DNA from: Eledone cirrhosa
Lineage: Eukaryota
Length of the DNA stretch: 64,000 nt
NCBI GenBank assembly: GCA_964016885.1
Contig: OZ024760.1
Coordinates: 31,248,001 to 31,312,000 of the forward strand
Reading direction: 5' to 3'
Shown: positions 41,270 to 52,857 of the stretch, piece by piece
How the letters are laid out: the number at the start of each line of letters is the position of its first letter
Numbering within the stretch: the first letter of the stretch is position 1
Made by a program: the position numbers and the translations under genes
The notes under the pieces: model-generated
Databases searched by the model: none
What the model was told of the DNA's origin: nothing
What the model saw: the letters and a program-made list of their open reading frames with translations, nothing else

Positions 41270-41820
41270 TGTAGCGAGATATGTCCACGCCTTGAACCTT
41301 GGGTGACACCTAAAGGTCAAATTCTAGGTCACCACCCTTTTGGTGTGAACAGGTTGATGCGTTGGCTATCCCCTCAGGGTGGGTGGGAGACAGGAAGCGA
41401 CAGGTATATAAAGCCTGTAGTGACCTACATTCCGCGGGCTCACATACATTCTCCATGTGTTATTTGGCTCAGCCCAGCCAATGACTGCCAGTGGAGGAGA
41501 ATGTATCTCTACGTGCCCTGAGAGAAAAATTCCCGCGTTGATTTGAAAAATCTCTCTCTTGCATACTGACCGCGAAAAGGTAAACAACTAACTTTCTTTC
41601 GTCGTGAAATCACTAGCCAATATGTAACACAAAAACTTAACCACGGCCTGGCAACAGTTCAGCCAGTGGACCGTGCCTTCTGAAATTCTTAATTCGTTTG
41701 TTTTATTACTCTTGGCATGCCAGCTCTACTCAGCTCAACCTTGTTAATAAATAATGTAAAACAAACCAAAGACGTTGTCGATGTTCTTACCATATCTTAC
41801 TACCAAACTAATTACTTGTG
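41270..41820 (+). mobile_element. Possible LTR
   Basis: Starts TGTAGC after (TA)n; TATA box gtatataaag at 41404; AATAAA at 41746; tgg near 41819; no second LTR seen. Confidence 0.35.
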
Positions 41821-42536
41821 GTGCAACTAGAGTCTTGTGATGCTTTTACCGTAGCAATGCCTTTAAATGTGATATGGAAGGATTCCTTCCTATCACAGTA
41901 GCAACAGAACCTGAGACTTACAGCCTAACCTCAATTCTTCATGGTGATACATCTACTCTTAAAACCATCCTGTTAAAACTGGTGACTTTTGACGCAGGAG
42001 TATTTAGGCATGAAATGCTCCTTCACAATATATATATATACATCAATTCTGTTAAAAGCCTTTATCATTCCACGTTTACACAGAGACATCGGAGCACCCC
42101 ACTACAGAACAAGCTATGTGAAAGATTCACCACTATCAACAGACCCCAGTGGTCTACAGAAAGACAGATAGATCGGAGCTCTACGATACATAACAAGCTA
42201 TGTAAAGATTCACCGCTATCAACAGACCCTAGAGGTCTACAGAGATACAGAGAGATCGGAGCCCTACTACTACAGACCCGCTATGTGAAAGATATTCCGC
42301 TATCTACAAGCCACAGTGGTCTACAATCAATTACAGACCATTACTATCCCTCACTCACTATGGTCTCAGACTCACGATGAAAACTACTATGTCGACTGCA
42401 ACAAACTTTAACCACCAACAAACTTTATCTCGTCGCTCGCTGTTTTCATATCAACAACAAAAACATTGTCAACCTTTGCAACTCTTGGTAACTGTTTTAT
42501 TGTACTTTTTGATTGAAGTGAAGTAAATCATTATAT

Positions 42537-43629
42537 ACCAGATAGAAAAATGCGTACAGCAAAAAAAAGTAATATTGTTGGAATATAAACCTTTAAAAAT
42601 ACAGGACAAGAAACTAAAATAAAACTTTAAAAGAATAGGACAAGAAACTAAGATAAAACTTTAAAAGAATAGGACAAGAAACTAAGATAAAACTTTAAAG
42701 AATTGGACAAGAAATAAAAAATTTTACAATAATATTAGTGGCAAAATTTTTATTGGTAAAAAATCGAGTTCCACATTCATAGGCTCTGGGTTCCACATTC
42801 AGAGGTCGTCGTCAGACCGGGGGGATCATTTGATCCTGGTTTGAACACCAATTGGGCCATAACCATACCCCTATTTCATCATTCGGCGACATGCCTCATG
42901 TGTCATGCATAATGGGAATGGACCCATGGGCCCATGAGCACAGATCTTGAGCAGCAGCGGACGGTCTTGTCGTCCCGCTCATCCTTGATCTTGACCAACC
43001 CGTCCATCTTCTCCTTGCATCTTGTCCTTGAGTTCAAGTCCGGCAGTCCAGATGAATGCGTGCCACATCTTTCTGGTACAGGAAGGGGGAGCAGGAGGAC
43101 TGGAGGGATGACGGGACAGAGGGAGGGAGGACCGGTGGTTGAGGGAGATGCCGTAGTCGGTGGTCAGAGTCGACATCTTGTCCCGGTCGTTTTCTCCATC
43201 TTCGTCTGGTGTTGCGGGACCAGAAGTGCATTCTTGGAGGAGATCTGCAGCTGCATCGGCCAAGTCTTCTTGCAATGGTCATTCTGACGGAGCAGAACTG
43301 CTCAGCCAACCAACCCCAACCAGAACCAACCGCTCAGGGGCAACGCACAATGAGAGCATGACAATTATTATGCACTAATCAAGAAGATACTGGGGCATAG
43401 CACAGGAAACGAATAAAAAAATTTTGCCACTAATATTATTGTAAAATTTTTTATTTCTTGTCCAATTCTTTAAAGTTTTATCTTAGTTTCTTGTCCTATT
43501 CTTTTAAAGTTTTATCTTAGTTTCTTGTCCTATTCTTTTAAAGTTTTATTTTAGTTTCTTGTCCTGTATTTTTAAAGGTTTATATTCCAACAATATTACT
43601 TTTTTGCTGTACGCATTTTTCTATCTGGT
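42537..43629. repeat. About 216-bp inverted repeats (42537-42754 and 43412-43629) enclosing a GC-rich 650-bp segment
   Basis: Near-identical reverse complements, each with short ggacaagaaactaagataaaactttaaaagaata subrepeats. Confidence 0.9.
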
Positions 43630-43902
43630 CTACTATTTTTTAAGGCAATGCAATCAACAACTATTTAATAATTAAATGATCATAGGGAATTACTGACAAG
43701 TGATTGACACTTTAAAGTTCTTTTGAGTATAATTGCTATCTAGTTGAGGCAACTGGCTTAATGACAAAGCTAGTAAATCATGAATGCATTTGAGATGATT
43801 AGTGCATAATAGTGAATTGGTGAAACTTGTGCATTTCAATGGTGTTACAACAATAGATGTAAGTTATATAGTAGTAATACTTTATCCTTTTAACTTTTTA
43901 GA

Positions 43903-44262
43903 ATGGACAAAAACCCATGCAAAGAAATGACTTTGACTGTAGTGATTCTCTCCAATTTACTTACAAAGCAAAACGTGGTCAAATACCTTATCATCTCTGA
44001 TAAAATGCCCATTGAATCACTGAAAATCGGATGCATGGAATTCCTCATAAAATGCACCTATGAATCGGAAGCCATCACATATATCAATGGATATAGGGAG
44101 TTGTTCACACTGGAAGACCATCACTTCATTTGTGACTTCATCAGTTATCTCCACGATTATCTCAGACACCCAATGCCATTGATGAGAGGTGATCCAATGT
44201 GTGAGCATGTAACTAATCTTATAGAAGTTGTTATCGACCACCTGGCTTTTAGTGACATTTGA
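43903..44262 (+). CDS. BACK-like (BTB-associated helical) ORF, 119 aa
   Basis: LTKQNVVKYLIISDK..ESLKIGCMEFL resembles the SPOP/Kelch BACK helix pattern; preceded by a 43-nt GT-AG intron (43859-43901). Confidence 0.5.
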   Translation: MDKNPCKEMTLTVVILSNLLTKQNVVKYLIISDKMPIESLKIGCMEFLIKCTYESEAITYINGYRELFTLEDHHFICDFISYLHDYLRHPMPLMRGDPMCEHVTNLIEVVIDHLAFSDI

Positions 44263-44442
44263 CTGATTTGACTGATAATGATGTATTTTTAAAAAGTATG
44301 TGTACATTCTTGTTACTATTTTAAGACAATGCAAGCAACAACTATTTAATAAAATTTAAATTTAAAAATGACCATTGTGCATTACTAGTATGATGACATT
44401 TTATTAAGTCACAAAATTATTCAGTCAGCCATAGAACAAGGA

Positions 44443-45083
44443 TCAGGTGGCAAAAACATTGGCAAAAATTTGTGTCAATTTAAGATTTCCAACATTGTTC
44501 AAATGAATCATATCTGGTTTGAAGTCAGATTTGTCAAATTTTGACCAATTTTCAATGTTGTGAAGATTGGGCAAGTTCAATTTTTGAATCATTTCTTTCA
44601 TGCAGTAATTAAACTTTTCCAAACGAGAATTTCTCTTGCCCAAGTCATTTTTATTTTCAATTACACTTTGTGGACGTGGAATGACACCACTGTAGAAAAT
44701 GGGTGTACAGTGGTGCAGCCTTGCAAAGAGACTCTTCCCTTGTTTTTCCGATTTTGTGTCTCGAATGGGCACTTTGTCCTTAATTTACAAATAAATGATT
44801 AATAAAAAATACTTGGGCAAAAATTATTGTATTACTTTGCACAGCTTTGTAGTGCCAACGGTGCGACGAGGATTCAGATCATTAGAGCCAATACTTTCAC
44901 AAAAGGACAACAGATAACAATGTTGGCGATTAACATTACCTGGCCCTGATGGGCCCCAGGTATACAAAATATCTAAGTATTTTTGTTGGTATGATAAGTA
45001 AATACATTTAAATTAATATTTTTATACCTTCTGGTCATTCGATTTCGCCACATTTCTAATTATGGATTTGTAAAAACTGGCAT
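44443..45083 (-). pseudogene. Three-exon SGNH/GDSL hydrolase, frameshifted
   Basis: Block I-like VFT(N/D)SIIRNV, II IPGA, III IGSND, V PDMIHLNNVG; GT-AG introns 44973-45027 and 44779-44835. Confidence 0.7.
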
Positions 45084-45735
45084 GAATGTGTATTTGATCA
45101 GTCCAATTGCCCGATTTTAGTGAAAAGTTTTGATTCGAAATGGAAATACTCCATTTCCGTGCCATGGAAAAAATGAATAAGCCGATCAAAAAGCCGCGAA
45201 ACATCATTTTTAATTAAGCGAAATTAGTGGATGCAAATCTCAGAAAATATTGTACACTATTCGCACCTATCGCACCATTCGCACCTATCGGTACAAAAAA
45301 TCGCACGACTGTTAATAATACTAGAAGTGCAAACTATCTGTTGAATACCTGGTATATGAAGAGCAACCGATACGATCGGTCTTGAAGAAGAATGAAGAAT
45401 GAAGTGAAATTTTGGTCTGGTTGTTGTCATCGGTGTTTCGCAGAGATGCCGGCATGAACAAAGGTGTCAGTGACACAAAGTTGTCCGCTTGAACAAAGGT
45501 GTCGGTCCGACAAAGGTGTCAGTCAGACAGACAGTCAGACAGTGTCACAGTCGGTGCGACAAAGCGATCGATGCGATTAAAAAAAATTTAACTCACATGT
45601 TTACCTATATTTTCGCAAACTATTGATATATTGGTACAAAAAATAGCTTTGATAATAAACATAAATTTTTAACGAAGTGTTTAAAAAGCATTTTAGCAGT
45701 GAAAAGTGAAGTAATGTTTCACACTGACGCAAGTA

Positions 45736-45863
45736 GGGCCGTTCAGAAATGACGTAGTCAATTAGGAGAAAGGGATTCGGCGATTTGACTACATTTGACT
45801 AACGTAATCACAATCACAAGAGTTCCGCCGAAAAAAATTCGTCATTTCTGGATTACCTCCCCT
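45736..45863. mobile_element. Short PIF/Harbinger-like MITE
   Basis: gggccgttcagaaatgacg ... cgtcatttctggattacctccc. Confidence 0.45.
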
Positions 45864-45899
45864 AGCGTCATGCTTACTACTTACTCACTTGAACACAAG

Positions 45900-46122
45900 A
45901 TTTATTAGCAAACTTTGATTATAAACTTTTTCCCGCTGGACCCAATTTCTAGATTTTTAAGCCAAAAGATGCGTAATGATCTACTGTTCATGCTCATATA
46001 AGTTTTATCTCAGTTAAATAAAGTAGAGCCGCGCTGTACTGTCGTAAACAGACGATTGCCAACGAAAACACGACCACAACAATATTACTAAACGGACTAC
46101 CGTCCGTTTAGGATAAACTAAA
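45900..46122 (-). mobile_element. Helentron/HINE-like terminus
   Basis: Perfect hairpin ctaaacggac-tacc-gtccgtttag (46087-46111) next to a T-rich end on -. Confidence 0.35.
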
Positions 46123-46374
46123 ATCATTTAATCTTATTATTCATGTTATTACATCTAACTATCATGTTAAATCATTCTAACTACTTCTTACTTATACCCT
46201 TTGTTAAACATATATAGTGTACTACTATATATATATATATAGTATATAGTAGTACACTATATATATATACAGTGTACTACTATATATATATAGTGTACTA
46301 CTATATATAGTAGTACACTGTATATATATATAGTGTACTACTATATACTATATATATATATATAGTAGTACACT

Positions 46375-49330
46375 GTTGCCAGCCCATCACCTGATTGCGC
46401 TCTATTCCCCGCACTAGCCGGTACTTAAAAACAATTAAATGTCACCTATGCCTCGCAAGCTACCACAGAAGCTGTCGGCATCACCAAAGCTCAAGCCGAA
46501 AGGCTTCAACACTGGACCTGTAATCGGTGCCACTTCAGCTCTGACGTATTCCGTGAGGATGCCCCACACTTTGATGACCAACTCTCTACCGACGACTTTG
46601 CCACATCCATCCAGGGCTTCTCCAAATCAAAGCTCGGTAACCGGATCCCTAAGGGAGCTCGGAATAGCTTTGCACGTGCCCTCTCTAATTTACTGAAAAA
46701 CGTTTGCTTGTCCAACAATAGGTCTGACTGGCAGAAATTGTTTTTGTTTCCCCTCATCTCTCTTCACGTGCACAATGTGAACTCGGGTTCCCTCACGTCC
46801 TCTCTCAAGCGGCAGCTCCAGCTGTTTGAGTCCACCCCAACCACGTCTCATCTCAGTTCGACACCGAGCTCGGTGTCCACCAACAGACAACCGGTAGACC
46901 TCAAGCGAGCGGTCAATGCCAAATTCAGCGAATTTGACATTAAAGGGGCTGTCTGTCTCCTCTCTTCTCTGTCCTCCCTTGCTCCGTGCAACTCTGATTC
47001 TCTTGAGCGTCTGAACGAGAAGCACCCATCGGCACCCCCAGATGATCAGCTACACTGGCCCGAACCACCAGAATACTTGAGACCGGTTTACACCACCGAT
47101 ATCATCAGAAAGGCGATTTCATCCTTCCCCGCTGGGTCAGGCGCAGGAATTGACGGCCTTCGTCCTAAACACCTCAAGGATGATATCTCCTTATCGGCCG
47201 GTGACGCCGGACTAGAGCTCTTGGAGAGTCTAACTCAGTTTGTGAATCAGTTCTCTTCAGTGAACGTTCTCCCGTCCATCCGCCCACTGTTCTTCGATGC
47301 GAAGCTATTTGGTCTCACCAAACCCAACAGGGACCTGCGCCCCATTGCGGTTGGCTGCACTCTTCGCCGCCTCACTGCAAAGGCGTGTTTGCTGTTGGTC
47401 TCCGACTCACTGGCGGAGGAATTTTCCCCCATCCAGCTGGGGGTGGGTACCAGGTTGGGATGTGAGGCTGCTGTCCACGCTGCCAGAGCATTTGCCAACT
47501 TGCCCTCCTCGTCCCCCAAGGTCATCCTCAAACTTGACCTCAGGAATGCCTTCAACTCCGTCAGCCGCGACATCGTCCTCGGCTCAGTAAGAGCGAGGGT
47601 TCCACAACTCTACCACTTTGCTTGGCAGGCTTATCGGGAGCCCTCCTTTTTCTCTTTCGGTGACCAGATCATCACCTCAGCCTCAGGAGTCCAACAGAGT
47701 GGCCCACTCGGGCCCGCACTGTTTGCACGGGGCATTGATGACGTCACCAAGATGGGGGTTGAGTTGGACCTCAATGTCTGGTACCTCGACGACGCCTGTT
47801 TGGGGGGAACTTCGGATATGGTTCTCGCCACTGCCAACAGGATGGTGGAGGAGCTTGGCCGCCGGGGTCTCCAGATCAATAGCCCCAAATGTGAGCTCTG
47901 GATCCTCAACCACCCAGCTTCTCAACACCAACAGCTGATCGACATGTTCGCAGAGTCCTTCCCTTCCATCGCGGTCCCTCCCCCGTCGGCTTGGTGCTCC
48001 TTAGGAGCCCCAATCACAGACCTGGCCTTCGAGTCAATCTTCCAATTGAAGATGGTTGGCCTTGAGCAGCTGCTGAGGAATATCGAAGTTATCGAACCCC
48101 ATCAAGGTTTCTTCATACTCAGGAACTACCTGTCTATTCCTAAGCTTCTGTATCTGCCCAGGGTCAGCCCTTTCACAGATTTCCGTCTTGCCTCTAACGC
48201 TTCGACGACCTAATCTTCGAGAGACTCGAGTGTCTAGTCAATGTTAGACTCTCTCCAGAGTCCCGCGATCAGGCTGCATTGCCCAAGCGATTTGGGGGTC
48301 TTGGTCTCCGTAAGTGTTTATCCCTCTCTCTCCCCTGCTTCCTTTCCTCTACCCACGCTTGCTCCACCCTGGTGAGCAGCATCCTCTCCTCTCCAACATG
48401 GACTAGTTCCAACAGGGAGTTGGGTGAAGCTCTCCAGCAATGGAGTGAGCTGGGCTTGTCTCTTCCTGAGAAGGTGGGGGACAGTCGATGTCAGAGAGCT
48501 TGGGGCAGCATAAGTTCGAAGGCCACCTTCGACTCTCTTTTCGTCCAGTCAGATCAGTTTGCAAGGTGCCAGCGCCAAATACTCAGGGGACTGGGTCGAA
48601 CCCGTAGCCAACGTTGGTGGCCTACTCAGCCTGGACGAACTTTGTGTCTCCATCGCCCTTAGAGTGGGAGCCGACGTCTGCATGGGTTTAAGGTGCCGAT
48701 GCGGCAAACTCCTCGACTCTGCCGCCCGCTTTGCGCGTCACACGGAGCTAAACCTCATTCTGAAGAGAGCTTTGGCCCAGGCGAATATCCCCTCAGTCTT
48801 GGAACCATCTGGGATGTCCAGAAGTGACGGCAAAAGACCTGACGGTCTTACCCTGTGCCTCTGGTCGAGAGGCAGGTGCCTTGTCTGGGACGTCACTGTT
48901 AGTGACTACTTTGCTCATTCCCACAGCCTGGATGCTGCGGTTAGGACGAGAGCCACAGCTTCTGCAGCCGAGCGGAGTAAGACCCTCAACTACTCCGATC
49001 TGTCGGCCAGCTACATTTTTTAGCCTGTGGCTTTCGAGACGTTTGGGGGAGTCGAGCGGCTGAAATCATTAGAGAGGTTGCCCAGTACTTGCGACGTTGC
49101 TTGTCTTTTGCTCTGGTGTTGGCTCCGTTGTTCACCCCTTCTTTTACATTTTCTTTGTAATGTTATTTATGTATTTATTTAAAACATATTTGTTATGTTA
49201 TTCTACTGTGAATTTATTTATATGCTCTGTTTATTTATTTCTGAAAGAATTGCAAACGATTTGTAATGTTGTTTGTGAAACTACGAAGTATTTATTGTAT
49301 TATATGTGTTTATATTTTCACACTTTCTTA
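46375..49330 (+). mobile_element. CRE-clade non-LTR retrotransposon (RT plus restriction-like endonuclease), frameshifted
   Basis: RPIAVG..RRL.AK..QLGVG..GCEAAVHA..KLDLRNAFNS..GVQQ..WYLDD; CRCG..RH..KRPDG..LVWDVT; AT-rich 3' UTR. Confidence 0.88.
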
Positions 49331-49524
49331 TAATATACGAAAACAACATACATGAAAATTAACTTTCAGAAAAGAATAAAGGACGTTTTGAAAAAAGCAG
49401 CATACTGTTACGAAAAACAATACATTCTACCAACACAACTTTCTTTAACGAACAGATTTTTCGAACACACAAATGAACATCAAAATTATTTAAATATTCA
49501 GCAAGTATGTACGAGATACAAGAT

Positions 49525-49785
49525 TAAACAGAGCATATAAATAAATTTACAGTAGAATAACATAACAAATATGTGTTAAATATATACATAAATAACATTA
49601 TAAATACTTCGGTAACACTATAAAGGATGAGACAATGAAAGATATATTCTTTTAATGTTACAATATTAAAGAAAATGTAAAGGAAGGGATGAACAACGGA
49701 GCCAACACCAGAGCAAAAGACAGCAACGAGGGGACACTGGGCAACCTCTCTAATGATGTTTGAGGCAAGCCAGCACACTTGCTGT
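49525..49785 (-). mobile_element. 5'-truncated CRE 3' end (same family); another at 59085-59420 with tandem duplication
   Basis: Reverse complement of 49066-49230. Confidence 0.8.
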
Positions 49786-49866
49786 AATACACTATATATA
49801 TATAGTAGTACACTATATATATATATATATAGTAGTACACTATATATATATATATATATAGTATTA

Positions 49867-49903
<37 letters not shown>

Positions 49904-49905
<2 letters not shown>

Positions 49906-50744
49906 TTCCTTACTATTAGCGGTGTCAAGAATGAAGTAAATTTATTTTCACTTTCGAACATCGTGAAAATGAAAATAAATTTATTTTCATTTTCGATTGT
50001 TTATCTCATAACAAAAATGTCTGGACGAGTATATGGTCGCACTACGTTAGCTGATGATATTTTGGATGCCAATGACAAATTCAGTCAATCGGTGCGACGG
50101 AATTCTTTTTTTGAACGATGCCATGTGCGACTGGATCACCTTATTGGTATTATATACATGTGGTGCTATGATCACACAAGTTGAGATGATTAGAGAAACG
50201 GAGTCTCCGAACGGACAGTTATAGACTGGTGTAATTTCATTAAAGAAATTTGTGAGCAGTATTTGGAGGAAAATCCTCAAGAACTTGGAGGATTCGATGA
50301 CAATGGTGAGTCCATTATTGTCGAGATAGACGAATCGAAATACTTCCATAGAAAGTATCATCGTGGCCTGTGGAGACAAGGCCACTGGTTCTTCGGCGCT
50401 GTTAAACGCCATTCTGGACGCTGCTGCCTTGTAGAAGTCCCAAATCGAAGCCGTGACACTCTCGTCCCCATCATTCAGCAGTGGATTTTGCCAGGCAGCC
50501 GCATCATCTCCGATTTTCTTTCAACACACACAACATGAAAAACAATCAAGTTATTTTGGGGTTTAATGAAAATAAATAATCGAAATGAAAATAAATTTAC
50601 TTTCATTATCCACGACGTTAAATAAATTTACTTTCATTATCCGCGACGTTTCGTTTAAACACACACACACAAAATGTAAATAAACTATCGAAAATGAAAA
50701 TAAATTTACTTTCATTTTTGATATCGCTAATAGTAAGAAACGCC
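49904..50744 (+). mobile_element. Merlin (IS1595/ISXO2-like) DNA transposon, internally deleted
   Basis: IVEIDESK..RKYHRG..WFFG..VPNRSRDTL..ILPGS.IISD; TIRs cttactattagcg / cgctaatagtaagaaacgcc. Confidence 0.88.
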
Positions 50745-51102
50745 AAAATATATATAGTGGAAGAACACTGGAAGGTAATATCTGTAGTGGTAGAACACTC
50801 AGTCCATGGGACGAGTTAGGTAGAAGTGGTTATACAACAGTTAGTTCACCATACCGAGAACATATCTGTTCCATATAACCATGTCCATTATGAGCTGAGA
50901 ATGCGCTAAGGTGAAACAATTGTTCTCGGTATGGTGAATTAACTGTTGTGTAACCACTTCTCTATATATATATATAGTGTGTGTGTGTATGGTGCCTTAA
51001 CTCCTGATAGAATTGTAGGGACGCTGTAGTGACATACGCCATTTCTTGGTCATTTTAAGCCTGGCAGAGCCCATCCCTCTCCAGGTCTGAGTATATATAT
51101 AT

Positions 51103-51967
51103 ACTAGCAGTAAAGCCCGGCGTTGCTCGGGGTCGCTCAGTAGCTGTGTTAAAGTTACAATGTTAAGTTTCTTTCTTGGCTTAAAAACTGTAGTGTCTAC
51201 TGTGCAGACTTGCATGTGGTGTTTTTGATTAATATTCCCTCAACCAACAATATGCCTTATGAAGTTAAGAAAACATAACGATAACCCGAATGTTATAACA
51301 AAAGAGGATGCTGGGGATAGAAACTGCACTGGTTATTTATTAACAAAGATCGAAAATGTAAACACTGCAACGCAGAGAAAAACATTAGCGTAACCAAATT
51401 ATCAGTTATGTCTGTCTGCACGCCTATATCACCTCTCTGCACGACTATCTGTCTGCACGCCTATATCACCTCTCTGCACGACTATCTGTCTGCACGCCTA
51501 TATCACCTCTCTGCACGACTATCTGTCTGCACGCCTATATCACCTCTCTGCACGACTGTCTGTCTGCACGCCTAACGACGAAATATTTGCTTGTTTTACG
51601 TAGTCTTTAAATAGACTTGTTTTCAAGTAAAAATATTGTTTTAAAATGCTTTTAAATGGAAATGAAGCAAAACGGAAGCTTAGTGTTCGAACTGATGAAT
51701 TTTGCAGGTCAATATTTTGCTGGCTCGTAATTTTTTACGCAAGACGCTCAATGTAAACAGAACAAAGGGAAATAACTGATAACTTACGCTCAAAAATCGA
51801 TACATTATATTCGATTTCGTCACATAGGGTGGGTCAATTTGAAATTTTTTTTTTTCCGATGTCTTCGCTAGGGCTCAATGTAGAAGTATAGCAATTTCGG
51901 TGCAATTCCGTGAGAGATTCTAAGAGGAGATGTGTGCCAAAAATCGATAGACAGACAGACAACCACA

Positions 51968-51970
<3 letters not shown>
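51103..51970 (-). mobile_element. Non-autonomous Helitron-type element with 37-bp x4 internal repeat (51410-51573)
   Basis: actag plus cccggcgttgctcggg hairpin; (GACA)n near the other end; parallels 6097-7113. Confidence 0.65.
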
Positions 51971-52031
<61 letters not shown>

Positions 52032-52074
52032 ATAACAGGAGGCTGGACTGATGTAAATCCTTGAAAGGTTTATT

Positions 52075-52132
52075 ATACTATGATCATTTCAATGACCAGG
52101 TTCCATATGAATCCGGTGATATCATCAGGTAT
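52075..52132 (-). ncRNA. Type I hammerhead ribozyme motif
   Basis: atac-CTGATGA-long stem II-GAAA-tgatc-ATA-gtat; stem III is the palindrome atgatcat; AATAAA follows directly. Confidence 0.7.
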
Positions 52133-52857
52133 TCGAAATATAACAAAGGAATATGTAAAAAACCATGGGTCCGAAAAATCAGAGAGGACGACTGACCAAC
52201 TATCTGCTTTCACCTCGGCCAGTCGCCCTCAAAGTGATGGCCACTCAGTCTACTAATGACCATCTGGTGAGGGGGCGAAGGCTTATAATGCACTACCACC
52301 TCTCCGTCAAAGAATAAAAAAGGGGAGGAAAGAAAGGAAGAAAGAAAAAAAAGAAAGAAGTCAGCGTAAGGGTCACACCACAGTCATGCTAGAAAACGCC
52401 GCGAAAAATGTTATTCCAAAGAATCTATATTTTAACAAAGGCATATATAATGGTCTAATGTGTGAACAGAAAATTGGAACGTTAAACTTATGTTACGAGT
52501 TATAGGATAAAATTAAATTAAAAAATAATAAATTTAAAAATAAATTTAAAAAATTAAAAAATTATTAGAAAATTAAAGGTTAAGGTAGCGAAATTTATTT
52601 AATGAACTTACAGAGAGAGTCTTATATGAAAAAGTTAATCTCGATAAGATATCAGGGTGGGATATAGAGTAAAGATTAAAGCCTTCGATTGTGAATCCCA
52701 GCCAGCACCTCCTAACCACGTGTCAGCCAGTTTCGAGTGGTAGCGTCCAGCGAAAGAAATGGAAATTAATTTTTCCGAGTACTCTAGGAACGTAGCTACC
52801 TTAGGCTCCGGGTGTGCTAGCGGGAAGTCTACAATTTCTACAGGCCATCGTCTATAC

